In this document: piece by piece, positions 21,758-32,918 of the stretch
How the letters are laid out: each line of letters begins with the position of its first letter
Position numbering within the stretch: position 1 is the stretch's first letter
Assembly: GCA_000092065.1 (NCBI GenBank)
Contig: CP000583.1
DNA length: 64,000 nucleotides
Reading direction: 5' to 3' (one strand)
Source of the DNA: Ostreococcus lucimarinus
Taxonomy: Eukaryota
The notes under the pieces: generated by a model
Told to the model about the DNA's origin: nothing
What the model saw: only the letters and a program-made list of their open reading frames with translations
The model's database searches: none
Position numbers and translations under genes: made by a program

Positions 21758-23413
21758 CTACTGCATTAATTCGGCCTCGATTTCTTCGAGCGTTTTACCG
21801 CGAGTTTCAACGACGGTGAAGTAAATCGATGCCAAAGCTAGGACGCCGACGGACGCGAAGCCCAAATACGTGCCGCGCAAGCCGACGGTTTCTTGCACTG
21901 TTGGAAGGAACAAGGACACGAGAAAGTTGCTACCAAAGTTACTCAGCGTAGCCAATCCTACGGCTGCGGAGCGCACCTTGGATGGAAAGACCTCGCCCAC
22001 GAGCAACCACGCGATCGGGCCGAAACTTAACTGATACGCGCCGACATAAAGAAAGATGGCGGCGACGGACGCTTGCGCTTGCGCCGTCGTTTGCACCTCT
22101 CCGGGCGTGTTCAGCGCCGCCAATGCAAACAAACATGCAGTGATGATGCTAATACCACCGAGCAACAGCGGACGTCGTCCCAGGCTGTCCACTTTGGAGA
22201 CGGCGATGCCAGTCATAAATAGCTTCCAGATGCCGAGAATGACGGAGACATTTGCCGCGTCCTCGACGCTCCAACCGGCGGCTTCGAACGTCTGCGTCGC
22301 GTAGTACAGTACGCTCGGTTGCCCGGTAAATTGCTGAAATAAGACCACAGACAGTCCAATGTACAACGGCCGCACATATTTCTTGTCAAACAAACTCATC
22401 GCGCCCGAGCCGCCGGCGGAGCTGTTGTTGCTCACCGCGGCCATGAAAATATCCTCCAATTCTTCGTCAATCTTCATCATCTCCACGTCACTCTTCGCCT
22501 CTCTAATTCTAACTAGTGCCTCACGCGCCTCATCACGCGTGTCTTTCCCATCTCCACTCTTGGACGCGATCCATCGAGGCGAATCGGGCAACCAAATCGC
22601 GCCCGCGAGCAACAAACCGATTAGAGGCGTCGCCTCCAGCGATAGTTGCCTCCAGCCTCCGTCAGCAGTGATCACGCCTTCGCTCGCCAAGTAACCGAGC
22701 AAAATACCGCCCACGATGAATCCTTCCTTAAGCGAAATGAGACTTCCACGCAACGAGCTTGGCGCGGTTTCCGCGATGTACACCGGCGCGCTGTGCATCG
22801 CAAAGCCGATTCCCAAACCATAAATCAACTTGGCCAGAACCAAAGGCTCAAATCCTGGCGCGACACTCGACGCAACACTCCCAACCAAATACAGCGTCGC
22901 CGCCAATATGAGCTCTTTCCTCGAGCCTAATCGATCGCCCACGCCGGCGCCGGCCGCTGCGCTCGCCGTCAACGCGCCGAATAGCGAAGCGCTCACAAAC
23001 TGCCCACTCTGTATGCTGGTCAGCGCAAACCCGTCCCCTCCACTCGCCGCACTCGCGGTGATGTTCTCCAGTGCCCCCGAGGAGATTCCGATATCCCATC
23101 CGAAGAGTGCGCCCGCGAGCGCCGGGAACAAAAAGTTTCGAAGCACCGCAGCGTTGAGTTCACCGTCGTTCCCGCCTTCGTTCGACGTCGACGCCGCACG
23201 CGCGGTCGCACACCGTCGTGCATGACGCGTATGCGCGCGTAACACGCCGCGGGGCGTCGATATCGACTTTCCAACCCCTTGGATGCGCGTCGATGCGCGT
23301 GTGCCGCGTCGCCGCGGCAACGCAACGTTCGCGCTCGTGGACGCGCGCATCGAGCGATTGGTCGTGTACAGCGCGCGCGATGTCGTCGGTGAGGCGACTC
23401 GCTTGGCTAACAT
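21758..23413 (-). CDS. MFS sugar porter with N-terminal transit peptide (plastidic glucose/xylose transporter-like)
   Basis: 12-TM sugar-porter pattern: GWDIGISSGAL, LGSRKELILAA, PESPRWIASKSGD, PETRGKTLEEIE; Ser/Thr/Arg-rich N-terminus. Confidence 0.8.
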   Translation of the reverse strand: MLAKRVASPTTSRALYTTNRSMRASTSANVALPRRRGTRASTRIQGVGKSISTPRGVLRAHTRHARRCATARAASTSNEGGNDGELNAAVLRNFLFPALAGALFGWDIGISSGALENITASAASGGDGFALTSIQSGQFVSASLFGALTASAAAGAGVGDRLGSRKELILAATLYLVGSVASSVAPGFEPLVLAKLIYGLGIGFAMHSAPVYIAETAPSSLRGSLISLKEGFIVGGILLGYLASEGVITADGGWRQLSLEATPLIGLLLAGAIWLPDSPRWIASKSGDGKDTRDEAREALVRIREAKSDVEMMKIDEELEDIFMAAVSNNSSAGGSGAMSLFDKKYVRPLYIGLSVVLFQQFTGQPSVLYYATQTFEAAGWSVEDAANVSVILGIWKLFMTGIAVSKVDSLGRRPLLLGGISIITACLFALAALNTPGEVQTTAQAQASVAAIFLYVGAYQLSFGPIAWLLVGEVFPSKVRSAAVGLATLSNFGSNFLVSLFLPTVQETVGLRGTYLGFASVGVLALASIYFTVVETRGKTLEEIEAELMQ

Positions 23414-23670
23414 CGCCTCTTCTATTAGTCCTCTCTCGTGCGCGCGTGCGTGTGAAGCAAACTATGAAGTGAAGTTTGGATAAAGTCACCGCGGCGTGGC
23501 GCGGCGACGGCGAATGGTGAGATGCGAGGCGTGATTGAGAGGGACGATGAGTATTGTTGATGATTATTGATGTTATAAACTGCGCGTGCGTGGCGCTGTT
23601 GTACACGTGGCGGTACGTGGCGGCTGTCGTACGTGTATTTGTTTCACAGTGAAGTACAATTCTCGCGCTC

Positions 23671-24846
23671 TCACATCGGCACGTCTTCGACGTCTTCAAC
23701 TTTACCGTCATATTCTGGCTCTTCCACGACTGGTTGTTGTTCGTCCGATTCCGGTAATGCCGCAGTTGGATTTGTCTCGGTGGCTGGTTCGATGAGCGCC
23801 GCGGGGTGATCGCCCGAGACTTCCACTTGCACGGTGTGCGACTTGTTCGCTGATTCGTCGCGGTCGGCGGAGACGGTCAAGACGCCGTCAGCGCACGAGG
23901 CGCGAATGCTGTGGAAATCGATGTTTCGTGGCAAGCTTTGCTGAAACACGGCACGACCGTGAGAAGTTGCGATATTGATGTGAAGCATACGGTCGGCGGC
24001 CAAGCGGCAAGTGACCTTGTCGGCGGAGACGCCAGGCACGGATCTTCGAACCAAGGTGACGTTTTCCTTTGTAGAATCTTCCTCGACGACAGAGTTCACA
24101 CTGGAGACGATGATATCCATGGGAATAATCGCATGCGGATCCGCCATCTTAATGTTCAAAAGACCGTGGCGCACGGTGACGTCAATGTGCTTCACCTCGA
24201 GATCTGTCGGCAAGTTTTTAAACGTCTTGGCGAAGGTGCCAAACGTCTTCGAGTCGCCCCGAACGACCAACATATCCTCCGGTTTGTGCAAAGTCACGGT
24301 GATATCGCGTTCGCCAAAGCCCGGCACGCTCAAAGTTATCGTGCTCTCATCACCATCGTCGTCGGTTTCCATGTCTTCCTCGCCCTCCGCGATCGCCGCG
24401 CGCGCCGTCGCGTTGATGGGCACCCGAACGGCTTCCGACGTCTTCTTTAGCACCGCGATTCTCAGAATGCCATCGATGCACGACGCCTTGGGCGTGACGC
24501 TCATGTCGATGTATTTCGTCGGCAAGCCGAGCTCGGTCATCGAACGCTCGCCCGCGCTCACGCAAAGCTTGGCGTTCCCCCGGGCGTCCGTCGTCACGTG
24601 GACGTGGACGTCCTTCGCCGCCAGTCCCGGCGCGTGCGCCGAAATCAAAAATCCTCTTTTCGTCTCTTCCACCTTCGCGCGCCCGATCGCCCCTCGCATC
24701 GCGCGCATCGCGCGTCCATCTCGCACAAAATTGAAGTTCCCCTCGCCGACGTCTCGCATCACGTGCTCAAACATCGAATCGACATCGCTCGCCGCTCGCA
24801 TCATCGCACCCATCGCACCCATCGTCGGCATCATCGGCCCGAGCAT
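23671..24846 (-). CDS. Small heat-shock protein family member with three tandem alpha-crystallin (HSP20) domains
   Basis: ACD1 FLISAHAPGLAAKDVHVHVTTDARGNAKLCVSAGER...SCIDGILRIAVLKK; ACD2 ITLSVPGFGERDITVTLHKPEDMLVVRGDS...VKHIDVTVRHGLLNIKMA; ACD3 VTLVRRSVPGVSADKVTCRLAADRMLHINIATSHGR...ASCADGVLTVSADRDE. The ORF-track upstream 1.25 kb is antisense to NFS1 and discarded; start MLGPMMPTMG at 24846. Confidence 0.6.
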   Translation of the reverse strand: MLGPMMPTMGAMGAMMRAASDVDSMFEHVMRDVGEGNFNFVRDGRAMRAMRGAIGRAKVEETKRGFLISAHAPGLAAKDVHVHVTTDARGNAKLCVSAGERSMTELGLPTKYIDMSVTPKASCIDGILRIAVLKKTSEAVRVPINATARAAIAEGEEDMETDDDGDESTITLSVPGFGERDITVTLHKPEDMLVVRGDSKTFGTFAKTFKNLPTDLEVKHIDVTVRHGLLNIKMADPHAIIPMDIIVSSVNSVVEEDSTKENVTLVRRSVPGVSADKVTCRLAADRMLHINIATSHGRAVFQQSLPRNIDFHSIRASCADGVLTVSADRDESANKSHTVQVEVSGDHPAALIEPATETNPTAALPESDEQQPVVEEPEYDGKVEDVEDVPM

Positions 24847-25095
24847 CTTTTCCCTTGTTCTTGTTCTCTTTGTTTTCGTCCTGCGCCGTACGTCGAGTAC
24901 CGCGTGTGTTTGTTTTTTCGCGTTCGATTCCTCGCTCGCGCGCGTGTGACTTCGCGTCGAAGTCGCTGTGTTGCGTGTAGTTGTGACGCCGCGTCCTATG
25001 CGCGCGCGCCGTTTCGAGTCCTCCTCGCGTCCAACGCCCCTTGACGAGTCACGAATCATCAAAGACCCCCCTCGATTCTCGCGTAGTTTACTCGC

Positions 25096-25123
25096 GAACG
25101 TTCTAGAATCGTCGAGAATGTTC
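25096..25123. promoter_or_regulatory. Heat-shock element: GAAcgTTCtaGAA (three contiguous inverted nGAAn units), then a GAAtgTTC dimer 8 nt on
   Basis: cGAAcgTTCtaGAAtcgtcgaGAAtgTTCg read directly; about 250 bp upstream of the sHSP ATG (minus strand), about 40 bp upstream of the NFS1 ORF start. Confidence 0.6.
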
Positions 25124-25161
25124 GCCGACGCCGCACTGCGCGAGGGCACCCCGCGCGCGAC

Positions 25162-26610
25162 ATGCGACGCGCGATCCGCGCGTTCGCGCGCGGCGCGCGC
25201 GCGATCGACGACGCGGCGTCGGCGTCGGCGTCGGCGACGGCGACGGCGACGGCGCGCGGGACGTCGCGCGGGACGCGCGCGGAATCGGGACGTCGATGGG
25301 ACGCGCGCGAGCGATCGCGGGCGCGAGGGATGTCGGCGCTGGCGCAGCCGGTGAGCGCGCCGATCGAACCGGAGTTTGAGATGAAAGGCGTGACGCTTCG
25401 CGGGCGGCCGCTGTACTTGGACATGCAGGCGACGACGCCGTTGGACCCGCGAGTGCTGGACGCGATGTTGCCCTATTTCACAGAGCAATACGGGAATCCG
25501 CACTCGAGAACGCACATGTACGGCTGGGAGACGGAGGATGCCATCGAAAAGGCGAGAGGAGAATTGGCGTCGCTCATCGGGGCGAACGCGAAGGAGATTG
25601 TGTTCACGAGCGGGGCGACGGAGTCGAACAACATGTCGCTCAAGGGGGTGGCGCGCTTTTACAAGGATAAAAAGAAGCACATAATCACAACGACGACGGA
25701 GCACAAGTGCGTGTTGGACTCGTGCAGACAGCTCGAACGTGAAGGTTTCGACGTGACGTATTTGCCCGTGAAGGAAAATGGATTGGTAGACTTGAAGGAG
25801 CTTGAAGCGGCGATGCGCGACGACACCGCCATCGTCTCCGTCATGGCGGTGAACAACGAAATAGGGGTGATTCAGCCTTTGAAAGCGATCGGTGAGCTTT
25901 GCCGATCGAAGAAAATATTTTTTCACACCGATGGCGCGCAAGCAGTTGGGAAGGTACCGATGGATGTGAACGATATGAACATCGACCTGATGTCGATTAG
26001 CGGGCACAAGTTTTACGGTCCCAAGGGGATCGGCGCTTTGTACGTCCGTCGTCGTCCTCGAGTTCGGATGGAGCCTATCATCAACGGCGGCGGTCAAGAG
26101 CGAGGGTTACGCTCGGGGACGCTACCGACCCCGCTCATCGTCGGTATCGGTGAAGCTGCTCGCGTGGCGCAGAAGGAGTTGCAGCGCGACGAAGAGCACG
26201 TCAACCGCTTGGCTAAGAGATTGATAGAGGGCATCGAATCTCGCGTCGAGCACACGCAATTAAACGGTGACCGTGAAGCGCGCTACCACGGCAACGTGAA
26301 CATGTCCTTTGCATACGTGGAGGGTGAATCCATGCTCATGGGACTTAAAGAAATCGCGGTGAGCAGCGGCAGCGCGTGCACGAGTGCGTCTTTAGAGCCA
26401 TCCTATGTTTTGCGTGCGCTCGGTGTGAACGAAGAGATGGCGCACACGTCGGTAAGATATGGATTAGGCCGATTCACTACTGAAGCCGAGGTCGATCGCG
26501 CCATCGAAGCCACAGTGCGTCAAGTCGAAAAGCTTCGTGAGATGTCTCCGCTCTGGGAGATGGTCCAGGAAGGCATAGATTTAAAGACGATCGAGTGGAG
26601 TCAACATTAA
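25162..26610 (+). CDS. NFS1: Cysteine desulfurase, mitochondrial NFS1/IscS type, with presequence
   Basis: [42 protein letters not shown]...[42 protein letters not shown]...[21 protein letters not shown] (PLP-lysine and active-site Cys loop). Confidence 0.9.
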   Translation: MRRAIRAFARGARAIDDAASASASATATATARGTSRGTRAESGRRWDARERSRARGMSALAQPVSAPIEPEFEMKGVTLRGRPLYLDMQATTPLDPRVLDAMLPYFTEQYGNPHSRTHMYGWETEDAIEKARGELASLIGANAKEIVFTSGATESNNMSLKGVARFYKDKKKHIITTTTEHKCVLDSCRQLEREGFDVTYLPVKENGLVDLKELEAAMRDDTAIVSVMAVNNEIGVIQPLKAIGELCRSKKIFFHTDGAQAVGKVPMDVNDMNIDLMSISGHKFYGPKGIGALYVRRRPRVRMEPIINGGGQERGLRSGTLPTPLIVGIGEAARVAQKELQRDEEHVNRLAKRLIEGIESRVEHTQLNGDREARYHGNVNMSFAYVEGESMLMGLKEIAVSSGSACTSASLEPSYVLRALGVNEEMAHTSVRYGLGRFTTEAEVDRAIEATVRQVEKLREMSPLWEMVQEGIDLKTIEWSQH

Positions 26611-26791
26611 CAAGCTCGCGCGCGCGTCATTTTTCGTAGAATTCAATTAGTTCAGTTCATGTTATCATCACCACGTTTTGTTCGTAATATTCCTAAAAGT
26701 CTTGTATAAAAAGTTCGCGCTACTGGCCGAGCGCTCGGCGTCTAATATTCGTATTGTTAAACGTTCGCTTGGTAATCGACACCGTCGTTTA

Positions 26792-27307
26792 TTACGCAGA
26801 CGGTGCCGCATTCTTGTTCCCCGCATCACCCCTTCTAGCTTCATGCTTCTTCGCCTGCGCCTGGTGGAAAGCTTTTGCCATTTTCTTCTTCATCGGCATC
26901 GTCGCCTCTCGCTTGAAGCTCATGGTCGGCTTTCGCTTCCGCGCTGGGGAAGAAGTCCCCATACCAGGTTCTTGGTAACCCGGCGACGTGACGTCCAAAA
27001 CAGAGCTCGACATCGCCAATTCGATTCGAATCTGCGTGGCTTTGGCGTTCTTCACCGTCACCGGCGCGTACGTCGTGCACTGATGCACCCCCAGCATCGA
27101 TCTCTTCACCAGTTCCGCCGCCGCCACCGTCTTGCTCACCTGTAACCCAACACCAACCAGCGCCACGACCTCCGCGGTGCCTTCCTCCAGCGCTTTCACC
27201 GCTTGCTGGGCGCGTTCGCGCGCGTCCGAATCCGCGACCACCTCCACGTCCACCGTCTTCGCCGTCGCCTTCGTCTCTCGCTTCGCGTTCGCCATGTTCT
27301 GCGACAC
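26792..27307 (-). CDS. Alba-like DNA/RNA-binding domain protein (Alba/Rpp20/Rpp25 superfamily) with basic C-terminal tail
   Basis: VKALEEGTAEVVALVGVGLQVSKTVAAAELVKRS...VTVKNAKATQIRIEL fits the Alba fold; K/R-rich tail. Confidence 0.45.
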   Translation of the reverse strand: MSQNMANAKRETKATAKTVDVEVVADSDARERAQQAVKALEEGTAEVVALVGVGLQVSKTVAAAELVKRSMLGVHQCTTYAPVTVKNAKATQIRIELAMSSSVLDVTSPGYQEPGMGTSSPARKRKPTMSFKREATMPMKKKMAKAFHQAQAKKHEARRGDAGNKNAAPSA

Positions 27308-27671
27308 AAAGACGTACGAGTTTTCGTTCTCAGCCTTCTTTCGATGCGCGCGTCCTTCAAATCGAGCGTTCGCGGGAGATTCGCGAATCGAATTTCAAAT
27401 TTGACTGTTTGCGAGCGGCACCAGACGAGACGTTTTCTCGCGGATATCCACGTCGCGCGCGGACGTTGACGATCGCGAGCGCGTCTAGCGACGTGCGTGA
27501 GGAGGTTTAGTCTCCGGGCGAGCGTTGACGGCGAGCGATTCACGCGTCGCGTCGTGCGGAGTGCTTTCGCGAGAATTTCGCATTTGCTGACGCGGCTCGA
27601 GATATTTCGGGTGTGGGATGTGAGACGCGCGCGCGAGAGCTAGAAATCTCCAAATGTCTAAAAACGCTAGG

Positions 27672-29327
27672 CTAAGGGTAACGGACGCGATGCACGGTTA
27701 ATTGAAGGGATTTCTTGACGAGCGCGAAGCGCTCGCGGCGGTTGCCAGACGCGAAGGCGTCGAAGACGTCGTCGAGGTGGTCCAAGGAGAGGTGCGGAAA
27801 GATGGATAAGACGCGCTCATAGTCCAAATTCTGTGTGCGTTCGCGCAGACGTTCGAACGCGAGGGCGGGAGCGATGATGATGATATTCTTGGCCGAAGTC
27901 GTGCACATGGGCTGGTCAGCGACGCAAACGCCCTTGGAAGTGGCGGCGAGGAGGAGTTCCCGCACGTCATCGACGCTCGCGCCGGCGGCGTCATAGACCG
28001 AAACGAGATCGGACTCACCGCTCGATTGGGCGAGAATCGAGAGCGGGGGTGAATATGTCTTCCAGAATAGCGCGAAGCGTCCGCTCGAGCCGCCATCGAA
28101 TGCGGCATCTGTTTTCGCTAGAGTTCGCATCGAGCGCACGACTCCGCCTTGATGTAATACGCCAAATAAACACGCCAATAGCGCGTTAATTGCGATCCAG
28201 ATCGCGAACAATCGCCGCTTTCGAGAAACTAATGTACTTCTCGAGTAGTGCGCCGCCAAGACGCACATAGGAAGAATCATCGGCGTCAGAAATCGAGGCT
28301 CTTGATGCGGCGCAAGCGAAAGCGCCGCGAGAGGAAACAAAACACTCGCCCAAAGAGTTCGCACGATTAAATCTCTCGACGATGCGTCTCGTCTTCTTCG
28401 CATCAGTGCACTGAGACTGACGAGCCACAGCACGCTGAACATCAAAGGACCATTGACGAGGACGTGCAAATACCTAGGATGTAAACCGTGCCGCGCTAAG
28501 TTATCGGCGTTGACGTTATATCTGAACGAGTTCCACGGCGTGATGATCCAGTTCTTTGACGTCCAAACCCACACATTGAGCATATTCGTATCGCTAAAGT
28601 ATGCCGTGTCGATCACGATGCACACCACCGCGGTGAGAATCGCCGCCATCGCACCACTCCAAACGCCGACCAACATCGTCAGTGGCGACTTTTCTCGCGC
28701 TCTCGCAACCACATACACCGCCCAAGGCGCGATGAACGCACCGCTCGTAAACCTTATAAAACTACTCACCATCCCTATCGTGCCGATAGCGACACAGCGC
28801 GAGACGGGTCCTAAATACTTGCGTTCAGTTGTCGCGACAAGCGCGCAAGCCGCTGTCGCATATGTCTCCAAAGAATTACTAAAAGGCCGAACGAGCAGCA
28901 CTAAAGTCACCCAAGATGTCGCAAACAATACACCCGCTTCATTCACCGCCCCAGTCGTCGCCGATCCCACCGCCCTCGCGCACGATACCACCGCCAAGTC
29001 AACCGTAGCCGACGCCGCGCACAGCGCCAACCGCGGCGCATACGTCGTCACCCACGATACGTCTAACGCGGCGCCCGTCGCCCGCGCGATCGCGCACGCG
29101 ATGAGATACGATAATCCACTACTCGCGTACGCGCCTAAGATTGATCTTGCGGGCGCGTCGGCGGTGTATTCCCACGGCAACTGCGTCTCTGTCCCGAACA
29201 CGTTCGCAGCGGTGACTTCGTTGGATTGAAACCACTCATCCGGATGGACGTATCCAGGCGCGAACGCAAACGCGAGTCTCAAGAGTGCGAGACCGACAAG
29301 CGTGGCGCGCGCGAGGGTCTCACCCAT
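27672..29327 (-). CDS. GT22-family dolichyl-phosphate-mannose mannosyltransferase (GPI mannosyltransferase PIG-Z/SMP3- or PIG-B-like)
   Basis: N-terminal FAFAPGYVHPDEWFQSNEV (the HPDE-FQS motif of GT22 PIG-B/PIG-Z/ALG9/ALG12) followed by multiple TM segments. Confidence 0.65.
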   Translation of the reverse strand: MGETLARATLVGLALLRLAFAFAPGYVHPDEWFQSNEVTAANVFGTETQLPWEYTADAPARSILGAYASSGLSYLIACAIARATGAALDVSWVTTYAPRLALCAASATVDLAVVSCARAVGSATTGAVNEAGVLFATSWVTLVLLVRPFSNSLETYATAACALVATTERKYLGPVSRCVAIGTIGMVSSFIRFTSGAFIAPWAVYVVARAREKSPLTMLVGVWSGAMAAILTAVVCIVIDTAYFSDTNMLNVWVWTSKNWIITPWNSFRYNVNADNLARHGLHPRYLHVLVNGPLMFSVLWLVSLSALMRRRRDASSRDLIVRTLWASVLFPLAALSLAPHQEPRFLTPMILPMCVLAAHYSRSTLVSRKRRLFAIWIAINALLACLFGVLHQGGVVRSMRTLAKTDAAFDGGSSGRFALFWKTYSPPLSILAQSSGESDLVSVYDAAGASVDDVRELLLAATSKGVCVADQPMCTTSAKNIIIIAPALAFERLRERTQNLDYERVLSIFPHLSLDHLDDVFDAFASGNRRERFALVKKSLQLTVHRVRYP

Positions 29328-29397
29328 CGCGCGCGCGTCTATGCAGGGACAGTTGCGTGTGCTTACGTTGCTAGTACGCGCTAAATCTATTCTACGT

Positions 29398-30237
29398 CTA
29401 GTCTCTGAGGTCGAAGCCGTAATCTAACCCTCTGCGCTCGTCTACGATCATTGAATTCCCTGAAATGATCTTCCCGTGCCGGTTTTTCACCCGCGCCACG
29501 TAATCATCGTAGCCGTCGGTGTACTCGACTCGGCGAATGCTAGTCCCGTATCCTGTGAGCTTGGTAAGAGACTCACACGATTTGAACACCTCACTCGGTA
29601 TGGTGTGCACACCGACGTTGTCATCGATGTTAAGCTTTCGAAGCCTTTTTAATCGCCCCAGCGCGGCGGGGATGACGGTGAGTGCGCACGCGCTCGCGTC
29701 GATTTCCTCGAGTCGCTCGCAGTCGGCGAGCGCATCCAACGCGCTCGAATCGAGCGACTTATTCCTCGCAAACTTCACCGTCGTCAGCGCGATACACGTC
29801 GAAATCGTCGTAGGAATCGTCGATAACTCGCATTCACACGCACTGAGCGTCTGCAGCGCCTTTAACGATCCGATGGTCGCCGGCAGCGCGCGCAGTCGGT
29901 TGCCGTCGACGATGAGCGTCTTGAGCTTTACCAGCGCCCCGATTTCATCCGGTAGCGTCTCTATGACGTTCGCCGCGAGCACAAGACGCGTAATGTTGAC
30001 GCAATTTCCAATTTCTCGCGGTATCTCGCGCAGCTTGTTGTTCGTCGCGTCGAGATTGCGAAGTTTCAGTGCGAATTCACGCTCTCTGTCGAACAACTTT
30101 TGTGGCAGCTCGCGCAAGTTCGCATCGCGCAGGGCGACGATTCCAGTGCTTTTCCACGCATTTTCTCGAGATTCTGTTTTCGATTTCGCCGCAGGCGCGC
30201 GCTTAGACGTTTGGGGAGCGCTCGCGACACAGCCCAT
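29398..30237 (-). CDS. Leucine-rich-repeat protein with N-terminal MGC acylation motif
   Basis: About 8 LRRs (LxxLxLxxNxL: LRELPQKLF, LRNLDATNNKLREIPREIGNCVNITRLVLAANVIETLPDEIGALVKLKTLIVDGNRLRALP...); N-terminus MGCVASAP (Gly2/Cys3, myristoyl/palmitoyl-type). Confidence 0.55.
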   Translation of the reverse strand: MGCVASAPQTSKRAPAAKSKTESRENAWKSTGIVALRDANLRELPQKLFDREREFALKLRNLDATNNKLREIPREIGNCVNITRLVLAANVIETLPDEIGALVKLKTLIVDGNRLRALPATIGSLKALQTLSACECELSTIPTTISTCIALTTVKFARNKSLDSSALDALADCERLEEIDASACALTVIPAALGRLKRLRKLNIDDNVGVHTIPSEVFKSCESLTKLTGYGTSIRRVEYTDGYDDYVARVKNRHGKIISGNSMIVDERRGLDYGFDLRD

Positions 30238-30347
30238 GTCTCATAGTGAGGACGGCTGGCGCCCGCGAGGCGACGGCAAGAAAGTTTCGCATTGTAATCG
30301 CAGCTGATTACTACATCGCTAAATGGCTATGATGACAGCGTACGCGA

Positions 30348-32073
30348 TCACTTCTTTTCCTTTTCCTTTTTCTCCTTGGACTTGGACTTGCCTTTCCACT
30401 TTTTCGGTAGCGGCGGCATCGCCTCGTCGTCATTTTTCTTGCGCGGCGTCTTCTTGCGCTTCTTCTTGTCGGGCGCGTACACTTTCGGGTCCGCACCCAT
30501 AGGCATGTCAAGAGGCGCACGTCGCGGATTGTCTTCTTTGCCGTCTTTACGCTTCCGACGGCGCAAACCCTTCTCGCCGGTGTGATTCAACATCCACTCT
30601 GGCACTTCGCAGCCGCTATTCTTCATCACGTTGGCGATCGGTTTCAAGTCTCCTCTTTGCGCGTCTTCTTCGGTGAAAAACGTAATCGCAGCTCCAGGAC
30701 GACCCGCGCGACCACTACGACCGATGCGATGGATGTAACTCGTGGGAGAACCAGGAAAATCAAAGTTGATGACGGTGGAGACACCGACGAAATCCATCCC
30801 GCGCGCCATTAAATCCGTCGCGATAAGAACCCACGTCTCGCCCATGCGGAATCGATCGACTTGCTCTTCGCGCTTAGAATCTGACATTTCGGCGTGAATC
30901 AGTCCGATGTGTAATCCATCGCCCGTGAGCTCTTTAGCGAGATGCTTCGCTCGCTCCTTTGACTGCGTGAAAATAATAACCGGTGGCTTGATGCCTTCGC
31001 GAATGATTTGACGTAACGCCAACAGCTTCCCCGCCTCGTGCCCACAAAATACCATACGCTGTGAAATCGTATTCGACGCGCTATTTCGCTCACCCACGGT
31101 GAGCCGAATCGGGCGCGCCATGACGCTTCGCGCGAGTTCCTCTACTTTTTCGGGCAGCGTCGCGCTGAACAACGCGCGGGTCACGTCTTTGTTGTCGCAC
31201 GCCGCGACAACGGCGTCAATCTGCTCGACAAAACCCATCTCGAAGAGTTTATCCGCCTCATCCAACACGAGATAAAGCACCTTGGATAAATCAATCTTGT
31301 CGTGCTGCAACAAAATCTTGAGTCGCATCGGCGTCGCGACGACGATGTCCACCTTGCTAAAATCGTTCCCAGCCGTCGCTTTCGTCAACAGACACGACTT
31401 CAACCCACTGACTCCTCGCGAGAGAATGCGTAAGATTCGCGCCGACTGCCCCGCGAGCTCCTTGGTGGGCGCGAGCAAGAGCGCTCGCGCGCCGCCCTCT
31501 TCGTGCGTTCCGAGCTTCATGATAATCGGCAACAGAAACGCCAGAGTTTTACCGCTCCCCGTGGGCGCGATGGCGAGTAATTCGCTCCCCGAGCACAAGA
31601 TCGGCACCGCTTGACGCTGAATCGGCGTCGGTTCTTTGAAATTCGCCTCGCGCATGCGCTCGAGCAGGCGCCGGCCGCACTTGTACCTCTCGTGCAGTTC
31701 CTCAAATCCTTGCAACGGCGCTGGACACGCCCCGTCCGCGCCTTGCACGCGCATCTTCAGACGTTTTCGCATCGCGTTTGCCTCGTTGTCCGCGAGCGGG
31801 GTCCACGACGTCGAGACGTCGCGCGCGTCGCGCCCAGCGTCCGAATCCGATTCGTCCGAGTCCGAGCCCGACTCGTCGTCGTCGTCGTCCGAATCCGCGC
31901 GCGCGGCGCGCGAACCCTCGTCCTCGTCGCGTTTTGCGTCCTCACCGCGTCCTTCCGCGAAGCTTCGCGCCACCGCCGCGTCCACGGGCTTGAAGTTTTT
32001 CCGGTTAAATTTCGCGCCGCCGCACAGTTCGGCGAACGCCTGCGCCTGTTTCGCCCTGCTCGACGCGCTCATG
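30348..32073 (-). CDS. DDX52: DEAD-box ATP-dependent RNA helicase DDX52/ROK1
   Basis: Q-motif FKEPTPIQRQ, APTGSGKT, DEAD (LVLDEADKLFEMGF), SAT, IIFTQSKERAKHLAKEL...LIHAEMSDSKREEQVDRFRMGETWVLIATDLMARGMDFVGVSTVINFDFPGSPTSYIHRIGRSGRAGRPGAAITFFTEED is colinear with human DDX52; lysine-rich tail. Arg-rich 190-aa ORF-track N-extension removed (start MSASSRAKQ). Confidence 0.85.
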
Positions 32074-32918
32074 GCGCGCGTCGCGGCGCGGTGATCGAAG
32101 ACGCGCGACTTCGATTCGTTCGAGCGTCGCCGCGGCGGCGGCGAGACGTCGCTTCGACGATCCGCGGCGCGATGTGGGCGACGCGGGGCGCGTCCGGCGC
32201 GTCGCCAAAAATGTGTCATTCGCGCAATACCAGCTCGCGAGGCCGCGGCTGTCGCCGCGCGCCACCGAAAACGACGCGCGCGCGCGCGAAATAAACTCCG
32301 CGAGGCGCTCGCGCGAATGCCGGCGACGTTCGCGCCGTCGAGCGGTGCGATCCCGCGCCGAACCATCGCGCGCAAACCATCGCACGTCGCCTCGAATGAT
32401 GCAAAATCCATCATTCGGGCGCTTAAATCGCGTCCGAATTCGACGAAAAGTCGGGAAACGCTGGAGCACGAAAAGTTCTGACCGTCGGCGCGAAGAGCAT
32501 AAAGAAACCAAGCGATACCGGGGGTTCCTGACGTCTTCCGACATCGGTACTTATCCGGCCCACGCGGTCTTAACTGAGAAGTTCCGATGGGTTTCTGTGA
32601 TTTTCCGCGGGTGTGGTCGCTTGATAACACCATGATACGCACGACCCTTTAGCCGCGCACCACGGGGGATTACGACGCGAAAGTTACGGGTACTTTTGAC
32701 ACCATTTACGTACTGTAACACTCGAACCCCCATCATTCACAAAATGCACCCCTCCATTTATCGCTCCCCCCGCGCCGATCCGGTGATGGCGCTCGCGCCC
32801 CTCTTCGTGCGCGCGTTCGCCCCGCGCGCGCGGTCGACGCGCGACCGCGCGCCGCGCGCGCGTCGACGTCGCGCGCGGCGTCCGCGCACCGCCGCGCGCC
32901 GCTCGCGCGCGATCGGAC

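Noticed and set aside
24847-26097. N-terminal 417 aa of the 808-aa minus ORF (23671..26097)
   Set aside because: Antisense to the unambiguous NFS1 cysteine desulfurase; Arg/His-rich junk. The real sHSP gene starts at the MLGP... Met (24846).
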